From Schmidtea polychroa (Eukaryota): 64,000 nucleotides of DNA. Below the pieces are notes generated by a model that worked only from the letters and a program-made list of their open reading frames with translations, had not been told where the DNA came from and did no database searches. How positions within the stretch are numbered: position 1 is the stretch's first letter; each line of letters opens with the position of its first letter. The DNA lies in contig CM097888.1 in the NCBI GenBank assembly GCA_044892525.1, positions 8,990,001 to 9,054,000 of the forward strand, written 5' to 3'. Shown here one piece after another: positions 51,842-63,899 of the stretch. The translations under genes were made by a program, and so were the position numbers.

Positions 51842-53756
51842 TGTGATTCTCTGATTAGACTATTATAGCTTGATCTGATTGTTTGTACCGTATCCCTCAA
51901 TTTTTGTTGTAATTTGGTATAGTATTAATAAATATTGTTGTTCTGTAAGGTATTCAGTAACTTTAAATCTTATTTATTGTTTTGTATCTTCCTCAAACTC
52001 TACTTTAATACAAAATTGTAATTTTCATTTATTTAGATTTCATTTTATTTACATTTTCAAACATTTCTAGGAGAACGTCAGGAACAGAAACAGTTTGACA
52101 ATTCAAGGAAGATATATCCAGACTGTCACATTCGAGTTATTTAAGTCAGAAACTACGTTAACTACACCGCAGCCTACTTGAACTGAAAAACTATTAGTTA
52201 TTTGGGGTACTACCTCGTCGTCATCACTAATATTTAAAATCTCATTATTTACTATCTCGTCGTCACTATCGTCACTAATGGTTTATTATTTCAGATTTTT
52301 TCATCTCTTTTTTTGTGGGAATGTCTGAACCTAGTTCCATCTGCACGGTGATAGCGCAGTTGGTGGCAATTCATCCACCTGGACAACACGTCAGTCCAAA
52401 AAAAGGAAACGGCCAAAGAAAACTCAAGCGGACCCGCCTAGTAAGCGCGGCCACCCCGAACTGATCTTGAAGTTGTGACCGTGTTTCGAATAAATATAAT
52501 GTTTGGAATGTGATGATGAATATATTGAGGAATATAACATAAATATTATATTATCTATTATAATAATCAAGCTTAACAAATTTTAGAATTGTGGAATATG
52601 TACGACGCACATACTACATATGCATCATTTACACACTCACTCACGGATTAAGTATGCAAATCAAACATTCATCATGTAGTATGTGTGTGAATCATGAGAT
52701 GTCTTTATCGTTTAACAAAGACACTATGTGACTAGTTAACAAAGGCAATACGTGACTGGTTATTTGCAAATAATAAAATTTAAAACATTTATTTAATTTT
52801 TTAAATAATCAATAGCACAACACAAATTCTTTATAGGCACACATAGTATGTTCTCTATAAGGACATGAAATATTATCCGGAACTCCTTCCTTTCTTTTAA
52901 ATTATATTTTACTAATCTCAAAGATGCGAAATACTTCCTCAATATTTGTAGATTATTTTCATACAAATATTAATGATATATTAAAAAATTTTTTATGTTC
53001 TAAATTTTTAGTAGAGCATATAAAATTTGTCGTTATTTTCATTAATTATATATTTTTGCCTAACTAATGTTCTCGGGGTTTCGATGTAGTTGAGACCACT
53101 CAGCCTTATAATCTCTGAATATTTTTGTAACAATAAAACTAATGTATTCAATTTTGCTGATGGTCCAATAACTCCGACATTAAATTAGTCAACTCGCCCA
53201 AAAATTCAACCTAACTATTGAATTTTGAGTTAATATTAGCGAGATTTAAAAATAAGACACACAGAAACGTCTAACACGACGTTTTTAACATTTTCGAAAT
53301 TAATTAGAAATGTATTAGCAAATATTCTCAAGAGGCATAAGATCACTCGAAAAAGAGCATAAAAATAATAGAAGCATATGTCCACTCAACAAGAATAAGC
53401 GCGTAATAATAACATACACATTTTGTTTTGGAGGTTTTGACCATTTTTGCACCGCCTGGTTTCCATTTGTTGTGGTGACAGCAATGGAACCTGAAAAATT
53501 ACATTTATGTTACTTTGTGTTATTTTGTACATTTAAAAGACACTTGTTTTTTATTTAAAAGGAATTTCCTAATTAAATTAAAAATTTGTAAAAATAAAAA
53601 ATATTTGAATATTTTATGTGTGTTTTAATAACGTATAATTGGATTTTTGCTGATGAACTTTGAATTTGCAAATATAAATATAATTTGGAGTTTAATTCTT
53701 ACACATTTGACATAATTAATGTTAAGAATAATATTTTAATTAAGGTTAATATAATA

Positions 53757-53876
53757 CCAGTCAGAGGGGGAATGGCATTTACCTCTGACTGGCAGTTTGT
53801 TTGGTGGGTTTTGTATCGCGTCTGTGCGCGCGGTATGATTAGACCGAATCTTGTAAGTGTGTGTACACAGACGCGA
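53757..53876 (+). other. Two-hairpin structured module, copy 1
   Basis: Stem CCAGTCAGAGG/CCTCTGACTGG (11 bp, perfect), then stem TCGCGTCTGTG/CACAGACGCGA enclosing an inner CGGT/ACCG. Confidence 0.85.
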
Positions 53877-53979
53877 GAAGTAGGTTTTTATTTTGATAAT
53901 ATAGTTTGATATTGATTTTTAGAATTTGATTTGATTATTGGTTTTCTGGAAGAACGGAAGATTTGTTTGAACGGGTTTT

Positions 53980-54831
53980 TTTATGTGATGACTTCACAGA
54001 TAAAACAATGACAGTTGTGTTGGATCATTTTTCTAATGTTAATACAGAAAATCCTCTTCTTAGTATTAATGTTTTCTTGAAACACCGAGAATACCATAGA
54101 AGTTTAAAGGTTCAAGACGATTATTTCGAAACTGCTGGAAAAAGTCAGCTAAACGACATCAAGTTTTAGATAGACCATCATATAATCACAAAGGTTATTA
54201 CAGTTGGTTTCCCTCTATAATTTCAGCCATAGAATATTCGTATTCAATAAACACCATCCCAAATTGGCAGTAATTGGGGAGCTGACCGAAGCACTTCGAG
54301 ACTAGTGGCAAAATTATATGGGAAAATTCCTTTACTATTAAAAATGGTTCCCCTAAATTCTGATCGTGTTATCGGTAAATTATTTAGAGTTTTAACAACG
54401 TCACTTTAACGAACTATTAATAAATTGACAGGAATCGATAAATTTAATAATTAAACCACCTATTCTCGCAGATAATGTTAAGAACTTTTCAGTTGTCGTT
54501 GGAATGCGTGAAACATTCCAAGATTTAAAGCCACTCAATCCATATTTGAGGATATGATGAAGATATGATGAACGCTCGCAAGTTATGGTAAACAATTGGA
54601 AATTCATATCTTGAAGAGAATTATTACAAGTTGAACAAGCTGCTTCTAAATATATACTAGTAAAGTGATCATGATCTTTAATCGGGTTTACTAAAGTTTT
54701 CTTGTAAAGATAACACATAACTGCGGAAGAAAAAGAAATAAGGTCAGCATCTGTAAAAATTATTTTCTTTTTCGAATTTTTATAAAAATAAGGTAAAACT
54801 GTTTGCATACCAATGTTTTCAATTTCTTTAA
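53980..54831 (-). pseudogene. Polinton/Maverick-type protein-primed DNA polymerase B relic, 3' part (EndoVII-like DHDH..C..CN, exonuclease region, KGIFPY)
   Basis: IKDHDHFTSIYLEAACSTCNNSL, IPTTTEKFLTL, FIDSCQFINSSLK, SKGIFPYNF and LCDYMMVYLKLDV..LADFFQQFR occur in the expected order, with frameshifts and stops. Confidence 0.75.
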
Positions 54832-55035
54832 CACTAGATTTATGAAACCCGTCAATTTGACGGGTTTCAAATTTCATATCTATTAAATTAATAAAATGAA
54901 AGATTTTTTTTATTATGTTGGAAATTATTGGTTTATTGATATGAATATATATTCTATTTTATTTTTCGTTGGCTATCCTAAGTTCAAATATCGGTATGTG
55001 GTATACCTATTTCCCCGAAAATCCGTCTGTTTCGA

Positions 55036-55145
55036 CCAGTCAGAGGGGGATTGACTCTGGACTGGCAGTTTTGGCTTTTTTCTATCGCGTCTGTGTGCGC
55101 GGTCTGGTTAGACCGATTATTGTTGGTGTGCGCACACAGACGCGA
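55036..55145 (+). other. Two-hairpin structured module, copy 2 (inside the piggyBac 5' region)
   Basis: CCAGTC-AGAG/CTCT(G)GACTGG, then a perfect 16-bp stem TCGCGTCTGTGTGCGC/GCGCACACAGACGCGA with an inner GGTCT/AGACC. Confidence 0.85.
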
Positions 55146-55562
55146 GCAATGGAAGTTCGGTTGTTTTTGTTAAGTAGGTTTGATTGTTAATTGTAATCTT
55201 TTATAAATTTTTTTTGTAGAAATTATTGATTTAGTGGTGAATTCGATTAATTTGTGGATTTTTTTGCTGTGAATTCTGGAATTTTGGTTTGTTTTATTCG
55301 ATTAAAGTTGGTGTGGGTTTAAATTGGATTTTGTGGAAATTATGATGAATTTCATTATCTTCTGATCTTGAACTGGACAAAATGTTATTGTTCAAAAATG
55401 ATCCACGTGCACCTTTGGAGAACAATAAAACTGTTCATCTTGCTCTTAATCAATTTGACGGGTTAACTAATTTCAATATAAATTATTTATTTATTTGCAA
55501 TTTAATTTTGTGAGCATAGATTTAATTTTTCAGGGTAAGTTCAAAATATTTTCATAATAAAT

Positions 55563-57940
55563 ATGTATATATTATCTAGTTTTCCTAAATTGAATAGGGC
55601 TATTATGAGAAAATCTCGTAGGATTGCTGAATTATTACAAAAAATTACCGGTATAAATGAGAACTGCTCCGATTCTAGTTTTGTTAGAAATGAGGTTGAG
55701 CTATGTGAAAGCGAGAATGAAGTACAGTATTCTGATTCTGAGGAAATCGAACTCTCAGACACTGAAGAAGAAAGTATTTCTAATGTATGTCGCGGCAGAA
55801 AAAGATTGCGAATTCTTTCAGAAACGGACAGCAACGTTGAAATTCCTGGTGAATCACAAAAACGAGACATAGAAAATGGAATATCTGTTGATGGGACCAT
55901 ATGGAAAACCCTAAAAAAAAGTGTAAGTAGTGGCAGACCACAATTTTTCAATAAATTTACAGATGTAGGAGTGACCAACGGCTTACGCCAAAAGGAATAT
56001 TATGCTAGGTAATGTAACTAGCGCATTTGAACTGATAATTGATGAAAGTATGTTGGAACATATAAAAATTTGCACTGAATTAGAGGCATTTCGAATTTTG
56101 AAAAAAGAGTGGAAAATATCAAAATCGCAGTTACGCGCTTTCATAGCAATTTTATATGCGCGAGGAGCTTACGAAGCAAAATCTTTGAAGGCAGTGGCGT
56201 ACCAAGGATTTCTGGGGCCCTTGTGCAGATTTTTGGACGCACAAAATATTTGTCGAACGAAGTGATCCGAGGAACCAAACCATAGGCAGGCTTGGGGGAA
56301 GGTGATTAGCAACTCTCTGAGTAAATTTGCGCATTTTAAAACAGAAATAGTAGCGTTTCGGGTTGGTTTGAAAGGATATTTTGTTACTTCTCGGTATTCT
56401 CTGTATATAGAATGGGCACATGCCAGGTACCATCATGATATAATGAACAATAATTGTTGTTATTGTCACTAATTTATTAACACATAATTCTTAGAAAAAA
56501 CTCAGATCATACGCTTATTTCACCATAATATAAAATTGAATCACATGATAAAAAGAAAGAACAAATCAAACATATGTGACATATGTGGTTTACAACTATA
56601 TCCAATATAGATTCCTAATAATATTAAATGTATAAACCGTCCAAACTGTAGTTGCTGTCTTAATAAAAACAAAACAAACGCCAAAGCGATGCTTGGTTTG
56701 ATGACAATCGGGGAATTTATAATGCTCGAACGTTTAAATTTTACTAATTTTTCGTCCTGGGCACTTGTGCCGTGCACAACCTATTGCTACGCCACTGTTT
56801 GAAGGCATCATATTTATGGTCAAAGAAATGGGGACCGAGTTTTTTCACAGACAATGAGCAGAGACAAATTTATGGAAATTCTCCGATTCATACGGTTTGA
56901 CAAACGATTTGAACATAGTCAACGTTTACAAACTGATAAGTTTGCGTTAATTTCCTATACATGCAACAAATTTATTGAAAATTGTCAAGCCTGTTATAAG
57001 CCTGGTGAAAACATTACCATTGATGAACAATTGTTCCCCACAAAGGCTAGATGTCGATTTACGCTATATATGCCAAATAAACCAGATAAATTTGGTATAA
57101 AAATTTGGTTGGCGGCAGACGTAAATAGTAAATATCTGCTAAATGGCTTACCGTACTTAGGTAAAGACGAAACTCGGGGATCAGTACCTTTGAGCGAGTT
57201 CATAGTGCTCAAACTTGCTGAACCGTATTTAGGACGTGGAAGAAATATAACGACAGATAATTTTTTACGAGCATTCCACTTGCAAATAAATTATTTGCAA
57301 AAAGAACAACTTTGGTTGGAACTATACGAGCTAACAAAAGGGAATTGCCAAAATCAGCTTAAAATAAGAAAGATAACATGAAACGCTTCTCTACACTTCT
57401 TTACAAATCTGGGTCATGTGTTCTAACGATATATAAAAGTAAACCACAAAAAAAGGTTTTACTACTCAGCTCAAAACATAAATTTGTAAAAATTGAAGAT
57501 AATAATAAACGTTTGCCAGAAACTGTTTCTTTATATAACCAAACCAAATTTGGTGTTGATGTAGTCGACCAAATGGCACGGAAATATAGCGTAAAATCAG
57601 GGTCTCGTAGATGGCCTCTACAAGTCTTCTACAACATTTTAGATTTGTCGGGAATTAATGCTTGGGTGCTATACAAGGAAACCACGGGGGAAAATATATC
57701 CAGAAAAAAATTTCTTTTTCAATTGGCTGATGAACTTACAGCGGAATATCGAAGTGAATACCAAAAAGGTTCTAACCCATTATCGTCAATAGAAAATAAG
57801 TCTAATATACGCAAATCCTGCCAAATCGGACACTGTAAAAAAACAAAACCAATAATATTTGTATTAAATGTAATAAATATGTTTGTGGTAAATGCACACA
57901 AAAAATGATATATGTATGCAAAAAATGTGTTGAATAATAT
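55563..57940 (+). pseudogene. piggyBac (PGBD) transposase, multiply frameshifted and interrupted by a MITE
   Basis: MSRDKFMEILRFIRFD, ITIDEQLFPTKARC...KPDKFGIK, NITTDNF and YNQTKFGVDVVDQM (the DDD triad), plus a C-terminal Cys-rich domain. Confidence 0.93.
56192..56797. mobile_element. hAT MITE (606 bp) inserted in the piggyBac transposase
   Basis: TIRs CAGTGGCGTA / TACGCCACTG; perfect 8-bp TSD TTTGAAGG (56184-56191 and 56798-56805). Confidence 0.95.
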
Positions 57941-58134
57941 GTTGAAAAAAAAATATTTTGCTTTTAAATGAAATAAATTATGAATATATTCATCTATGTT
58001 TTTTCTATTAAATCAGTTTTGTAAAATATATATTTTTTTCAATAAATTTTGCTCAATACAAGCATTTTAATGTATCCGTCAATATGACGGGTTTCAGTAA
58101 AAATAGGTATGTAATTTCGTCCGTAAATCTAGTG

Positions 58135-59147
58135 TTAAGGAAACTAACAATACAATCTAACCCTAAAAAGACGCATCGGTAAGTCAGAAGGATCAAAAAC
58201 TAGATCAGACAGATTATAATTACTAATTCAATTTCTATGATTACTATCAACGACGTCGTATTTCAAAATAGCTTAAATCCTATAGATGAAACACAAATCA
58301 TCCGTATTGTTGATATTTATTATGCAGTGTTTATTTAATAATGATTTAGGAGTTGCAAGAGAAACCCTCCCACTCAATCTATTTATTTGAGAAAATTTTA
58401 TAATAACAAAATGTATTTCTTTTATTTTATTAATAATCCAAGTACTTCCCTTTAAATAAAGTAATTTTCTCATTACGAATAGCAACACCTTTATCTAAAA
58501 AGGTATCACTCATTGGTCTTGCAGAATTTGAAATGACGAAAGATTGAAATTGTCCGTCTTTTTCAAATTCCACTTCGATACAAAATTGAATCTTTACACA
58601 ACCCATTTCTCTGGTAACATTATTAAATTTATTAATTAAGGGTTTAAATTTAAATTTTCATCTATCATTTTAACTATTGCATGTGATTTACGTAAATCAT
58701 AATTTACAATCGGTTCTAATATTGTATCGTACTATCATTAATTATTTCATCATCAGAGTCGGAAAGAGTTATTATATCAACTTCATTTTGAGAGTCAGAT
58801 AGAAAATCTATATCCACATCATTTTCAAAATCAGAAGTTACCATATTATTTAAAACAACATCATCGTCTTCAGAATCCGAGAGAGTAATAATTTGATTAT
58901 TATTATTATTTAAATTTTTAATTTTAGATGGACGAGGGTTACTTATAGGCAAATCAGATATCCTTTTATTAATTGAAAAATAAATTGGTAATTTAAAAAT
59001 TTCTTTTTTCTTTAAAAGATAAAATCGATTTAAATGATCTTTATGTTGATCATAAAAGTTAGAATAATTTAATTTTTCAGTTGAATTACAAATGGGGCAA
59101 ACAAAATAAATAACACGGTAATAGGGCTGGCCATAATATTTTTCCAT
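58135..59147 (-). pseudogene. 5' part of the Polinton-type PolB gene relic, with an upstream Cys/His- and acidic-rich ORF (58716-59147)
   Basis: LKGSTWIINKI...TPKSLLNKHCIININNTDDLCF matches the GSgW...P..l..k..iiN..N.D..CF N-terminus of this family. GLDCIVSFL|KEIENIG reads through once the piggyBac and one TTAA are removed. Confidence 0.65.
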
Positions 59148-59259
59148 AGTTTTATGACAATTTTTGTCATGAACGGATGAATTGCAAAACTTTAGATATA
59201 AGATACCTAAATTTCAAAATAAATTATAAAAAGATTACATTATAAATAAAAATGAATAT

Positions 59260-59457
59260 ATGACAATCGACATTTGGATGATAAATGACAACACCACACA
59301 CGAACAATGTTTTAAAGCTGCAACAAATCACGTATGTTATCTGAAACCCGTGGAACAAGAAGTACCAGCTACAGGAGCCCCTAACTTTATCTTACAGCGA
59401 AAGCTAGAAGACATGGTGAGGAATGACACAATATACATAAAAGGTCGAACAGAGTAG
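59260..59457 (+). CDS. 65-aa hypothetical protein
   Basis: A GC-richer ORF island between AT-rich spacers. No family recognised. Confidence 0.3.
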   Translation: MTIDIWMINDNTTHEQCFKAATNHVCYLKPVEQEVPATGAPNFILQRKLEDMVRNDTIYIKGRTE

Positions 59458-59661
59458 AAAGGAGATAATTTTCTATATAAAAAATTGTAAATACTGGTGT
59501 ATATACTCAAACAATTTTCATATATAATGAAGTGCCCTAAGTACTATAACAATAAATTAAAGCGAAAAATGAATTAAAAATCTAAAATAAGTTAATAAAA
59601 AAATACAAAACCTATGTAATATTTATTTAAACCTATTTAATAATGTATATAATTAAGAAAA

Positions 59662-60177
59662 ATGACGCAAGAGAAGACAGGAGACAACAATTGCCCACCC
59701 ATAACAACCCAAATCAACGACGAAATTAAGAGACAATGGAGCAAAGTAATGTATCAATTAATGAACCAAACAAGAGCTTACATGGAAGAAGCAAGGGAAT
59801 GGGATTTCCACCAGTCACAATGGCTAACCCAAAATCTAAGGGCAGAAGCCGAAGCATGCAAACGAGCGGCTAAGATTACAGAGCGAAAATGTACGATGAA
59901 AATATAAAGAATCTGGAGAAAGAACTGGAAAAATGGGAAACCAATGAGAAGATAGAGGGACTAGAACAAATCGAAGTGAGAGATTAGGAAGCCAGATACC
60001 TCTCCTACCTCATTGATGAAGAGCTAAACATTTCGAGAGCACTAAGAGATGAAGTGCACGAACTGAGAGCACATATTCCTAGATATTACGTACCTCATGA
60101 TCCAATAGCCGTACATTTCGAATCGTCAGTAGAAAGTGACGAAGGGAATGGCGGGCAAGAGGAGACATTTGTGTAAA
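59662..60177 (+). pseudogene. Coiled-coil hypothetical protein relic (one frameshift, one stop)
   Basis: MTQEKTGD...RAAKITERK, then a frameshift to MYDENIKNLEKELEKW...RALRDEVHELRAH...GQEETFV*. Confidence 0.45.
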
Positions 60178-61524
60178 GTAAAATTAGTGAAAAAATAAAA
60201 ATTCAAAAATGCGGGAACTGTATCCCAAATAAAAAAAATTAATGAGTATAAGTTTAATATTAAAGGGACTGTAACCCTCTAAATAAATAGGAACTGTATT
60301 CCAAAAAATATTTATAATTGTATACATACAAGCAGCACTGTAACGCACTAATAATCACTGTAAATATTGTAGAAAATGAGAACGAAAATTGAGGAATAAG
60401 ATAGATCACCAACAAACGAACTAGGAGAAGGAGAGATCGAAATAGAAGTGATAGAAAGGAAGATAACTATTAAAGAAGAGTGGAGAGAAGAAAGACAAGA
60501 GAACGAAAGACTAATAAAAAGATGGAGAGATAACCGAAATGAGGTTCGTTATACTTGAAATGATCAGTTTCACGACTTTTATCCAAGTTTTCCAGCAATA
60601 ATTAGACGAACTCCCATAGAAATATATTTTCGTCGAGCTAGCATAGGTTTTAGGTTCTTCAGTCAGTTTTCTTGATCTCCAGCGAATGTCCATCGTTAAT
60701 AAACATCCGGCCAAATAAACATCATCAGCTGGTCGTCACGATCACACATTGACTAAACGATTCCACTAAATTCATCGACGTTGCTTATGCATAAAGCCAA
60801 AATGATTTTGATTAGATAAACAAGAATGCGAATAGTCAAGGATAGCGTACAAATTTTTCGAGTTGTTATCTAATATTTCGAGGAAGAGTCGACACAATAC
60901 ATACCAACCCATTTACAATCAGCGTAAATCCGGTATCGGAATGATGATATAAACATAGTCCTATTTTTCAAGAAGCCAGATTTCTGACCGCCGTAGTTGT
61001 AAACAAAAATTCACAAACTTTAATGCGAAATATAAACATTATTTAGATTATTTAATAGACATTTTTTCATAGTAGGAATTTATAGATTTTGATAATTAAC
61101 AGTATGAATGATTTTATTTTAAACCTAAACAATCGAATTGCCGACATGATAATTAATCAAGTTTGATGACTGAAAATTTTTCAAACCTAAGACAACGGGT
61201 ATTAATTAAAGTAATTTCCCTTCCGAAAAATCGCAAATCAGTAAAATACCTACATTTAACACTTTTACTAAATAAGTTCTGAAATACTCTCCTATTTGCT
61301 TGTAGAATAGACGATTTCGATAGGGTTTTCTAAAACCAGGGACGAATTCACAATAATTTTGATCAAATCCCACCCTTGATAAACATCAACGGGACAACTA
61401 AAATCACTAGATTTAAAAATAAATTCTAGAAATGAAATTGAGTGAGTGACATGAGTGGTGGTTGATTCTGGAATGTGTTAATAAAGTTTTCTTGCACTTG
61501 ATAATTTTCCTAATAATTCCAATA

Positions 61525-62300
61525 ATGTATGAACCAAACTTGCCTCAGCGCGGCCCGAAACCTTGTTTTTCGTGCGCCGACAAAAACACTGATAAGAAGA
61601 AGCTACATGAGCATATTGGGGCTCTGAAAAATGCATCGAGACGTTGGATCACACGTGGTTCTCCCAGCCACAGATGAAAGAGGAAAGGCTAGAACATTGT
61701 CATGATAGCCTCCTGGAAGAGAGTCGTTGTCAACGACTAACAATCAAAGCTCAATCGGAAGCGCTGCATCAGGTTTACTCCGAATCAGAACTGAGAAGAC
61801 GGGTTAGGGAATACCCAATAAAATATGGGACGAATGTCTTCGCGCTACACCATTGACCGGACGAACTTAATACCTCATCTTCGTCGAACTGCATGGGACA
61901 CGGATGAGAACTCTCACCTATTGTCGCACCGGTCCTGAATGGAACATCCAGCAGCCACGTTCTTTCTGAACCTGTACCTAGTGGGTCGTCTCATATCCCT
62001 CCAACAATTCGATCTGAGGACTCCATAAAAGTCAACCCGAAGAAGAGAAAGCGCCCATCCCGCGCCGAACAGACGCAGAAACGACGTAACGAGATCGCGG
62101 CATTAGAAGCTTCGTTATTTGCCGCTCAAGCAGCGAGTGCCTCGATTCCCAAAAATAGTCTAACTGTACAACCAACTACTTATCCCATAATTTCCTCCAC
62201 CACATCTACTCTCCAAGATAATCCATGGTTAAAGGTGGACATTGATGCCCTGTTAACCGAAGGAGAAATGGCGCAAGAAACCAAGGCCACGATGAAATAG
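61525..62300 (+). pseudogene. TWFS-motif family gene, disrupted copy
   Basis: MYEPNLPQRGPKPCFSCADKN...HIGALKN/ETLDHTWFSQPQMKEERLEHCHDSLLEE...KKRKRPSRAEQ...WLKVDIDALLTEGEM...MK*. Confidence 0.6.
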
Positions 62301-63899
62301 TAACCACAATTAGTACCCGTCTTGCCGACGTTTGTTTAGTATAATTGATTATCATTGACATGCAACTGTAGTGTGATTTAATGAGTAAATTAAAATTCGT
62401 TTGTTTTAATAAAATTTGTTCGAAGGTTTTCATGTCTCTATTGGTATGCTTCATTTGTATAAAGGTGAGGATTTGTATGTCTAAATTAGGATATCGGTAG
62501 ATGAAAGTTAGTGTCGTCTCATTGGACCCGAGATGTAAGAGATCAGTGAGCAAGAGAGGTAAGTCCTTTTATTTGCACTCAGGAACCCATATTGTGTATG
62601 CTGCGAGTAGTCTTAACTCAGGGGCTCATCTGCTCGCAAGTTCCGACCTGCGTGCGCATTACCAACATGATCCATCATCATGGGCACACGTAAAGGAGAT
62701 TGATGACAAGTCATGAAGGAAACCTAGGGGAATTGAACTGAGTTTAAAATTATTCCCCCTAAGTAACCAACATTATTATTAAAATTAATTAATTAATTAA
62801 TTAAATTACTTGGAAGTCTCTCTAAAACATGAGTTCTTCCATTATCCCGAGGACAATTGAATTATGTCAAGTCTAAATCGCAAATTAAATTATTTCGACT
62901 GAAGTCGGAAAAGTAAATTGAATTATTTCAACTAAGTCGAAAACGACAAAAATTCATAATATTATTATATTACCTGTGTGAATTATAACCGAGTGGTTAT
63001 CACATTCATTGTCATCATTATAGTATTCGGGTTCAAATAAATGTATGACTTTTTCTTATATAATTATAATACAATAAATATATATATCTATAATACCCAT
63101 ACAAATATTACTTAATACAGTATATCCTGGGATAATTGGCTTGGTTTATACTCCTCACTTGTCACTACTCTCCAAGTAATAAAGAAAAACCCACAAAGGA
63201 TTATAGAACAATCTTAAGTCAGAAATAGACAACCAACATAGCCTACCAGACAACCTCAGAGAATATAAAGAAGCACTAACGAAAATCATTCCAAGATGAA
63301 ACAAAATAAAAGTGAGTGATCCCATAGAAACTTATTTTCAAAAAGATTCTTAAAAACCCCAGCAAATTAGGATTAATTAGAAATAATTAGGAATACTCCA
63401 GTACAATTTAAGCAAAGTAAAACAAGAGTTATCGAAACATATAATAACGTTAAGTTACGAAATTTTACCCTTTTCAATTTTTACTTTATCCACCCTTAGT
63501 TTGTTATATCTAAATTTGTTAATTCGGAAATTAAATATACAAACTTTAAGTTAGTAATTTATAACTTATAAATCCTTAATTTAGTAAATTTGGTAATTTG
63601 TAACTTATAAATCCTTAATTTAGTATTTTTCAAACTAACGTAAGTTAAATCGAAAAATTTAATACGGAAACCAAATAGCGGTTGGAGTCTACTTTAAATA
63701 ATAAAAATCATTATCTATTTGATGGAATACGTATGATGCTCGGATTCAAAATGTAACAGTGTGCCTAAACGTTTTTGATTTTACCAAACTAGAACGCATG
63801 AACAAAGATTCGATTTAAATTTTCAGGTATGCTTAATAGCAATCGAAAATACGAACAAGCGAGCTCGTCATCCTCTACATCGGACCTTAGAGAAATCCA

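Larger units (their letters stand above)
54832..58134 (+). mobile_element. piggyBac transposon (3303 bp), TTAA TSD, defective
   Basis: TTAA-CACTAGATTTA...TAAATCTAGTG-TTAA. Subterminal palindromes (aaacccgtcaatttgacgggttt) at about 54850, with variants at about 55450 and about 58075. Confidence 0.95.

Noticed and set aside
53200-53420. IS630-like fragment (ILKRHKITRKR)
   Set aside because: It is a single short motif with stops and no TIR or catalytic residues.
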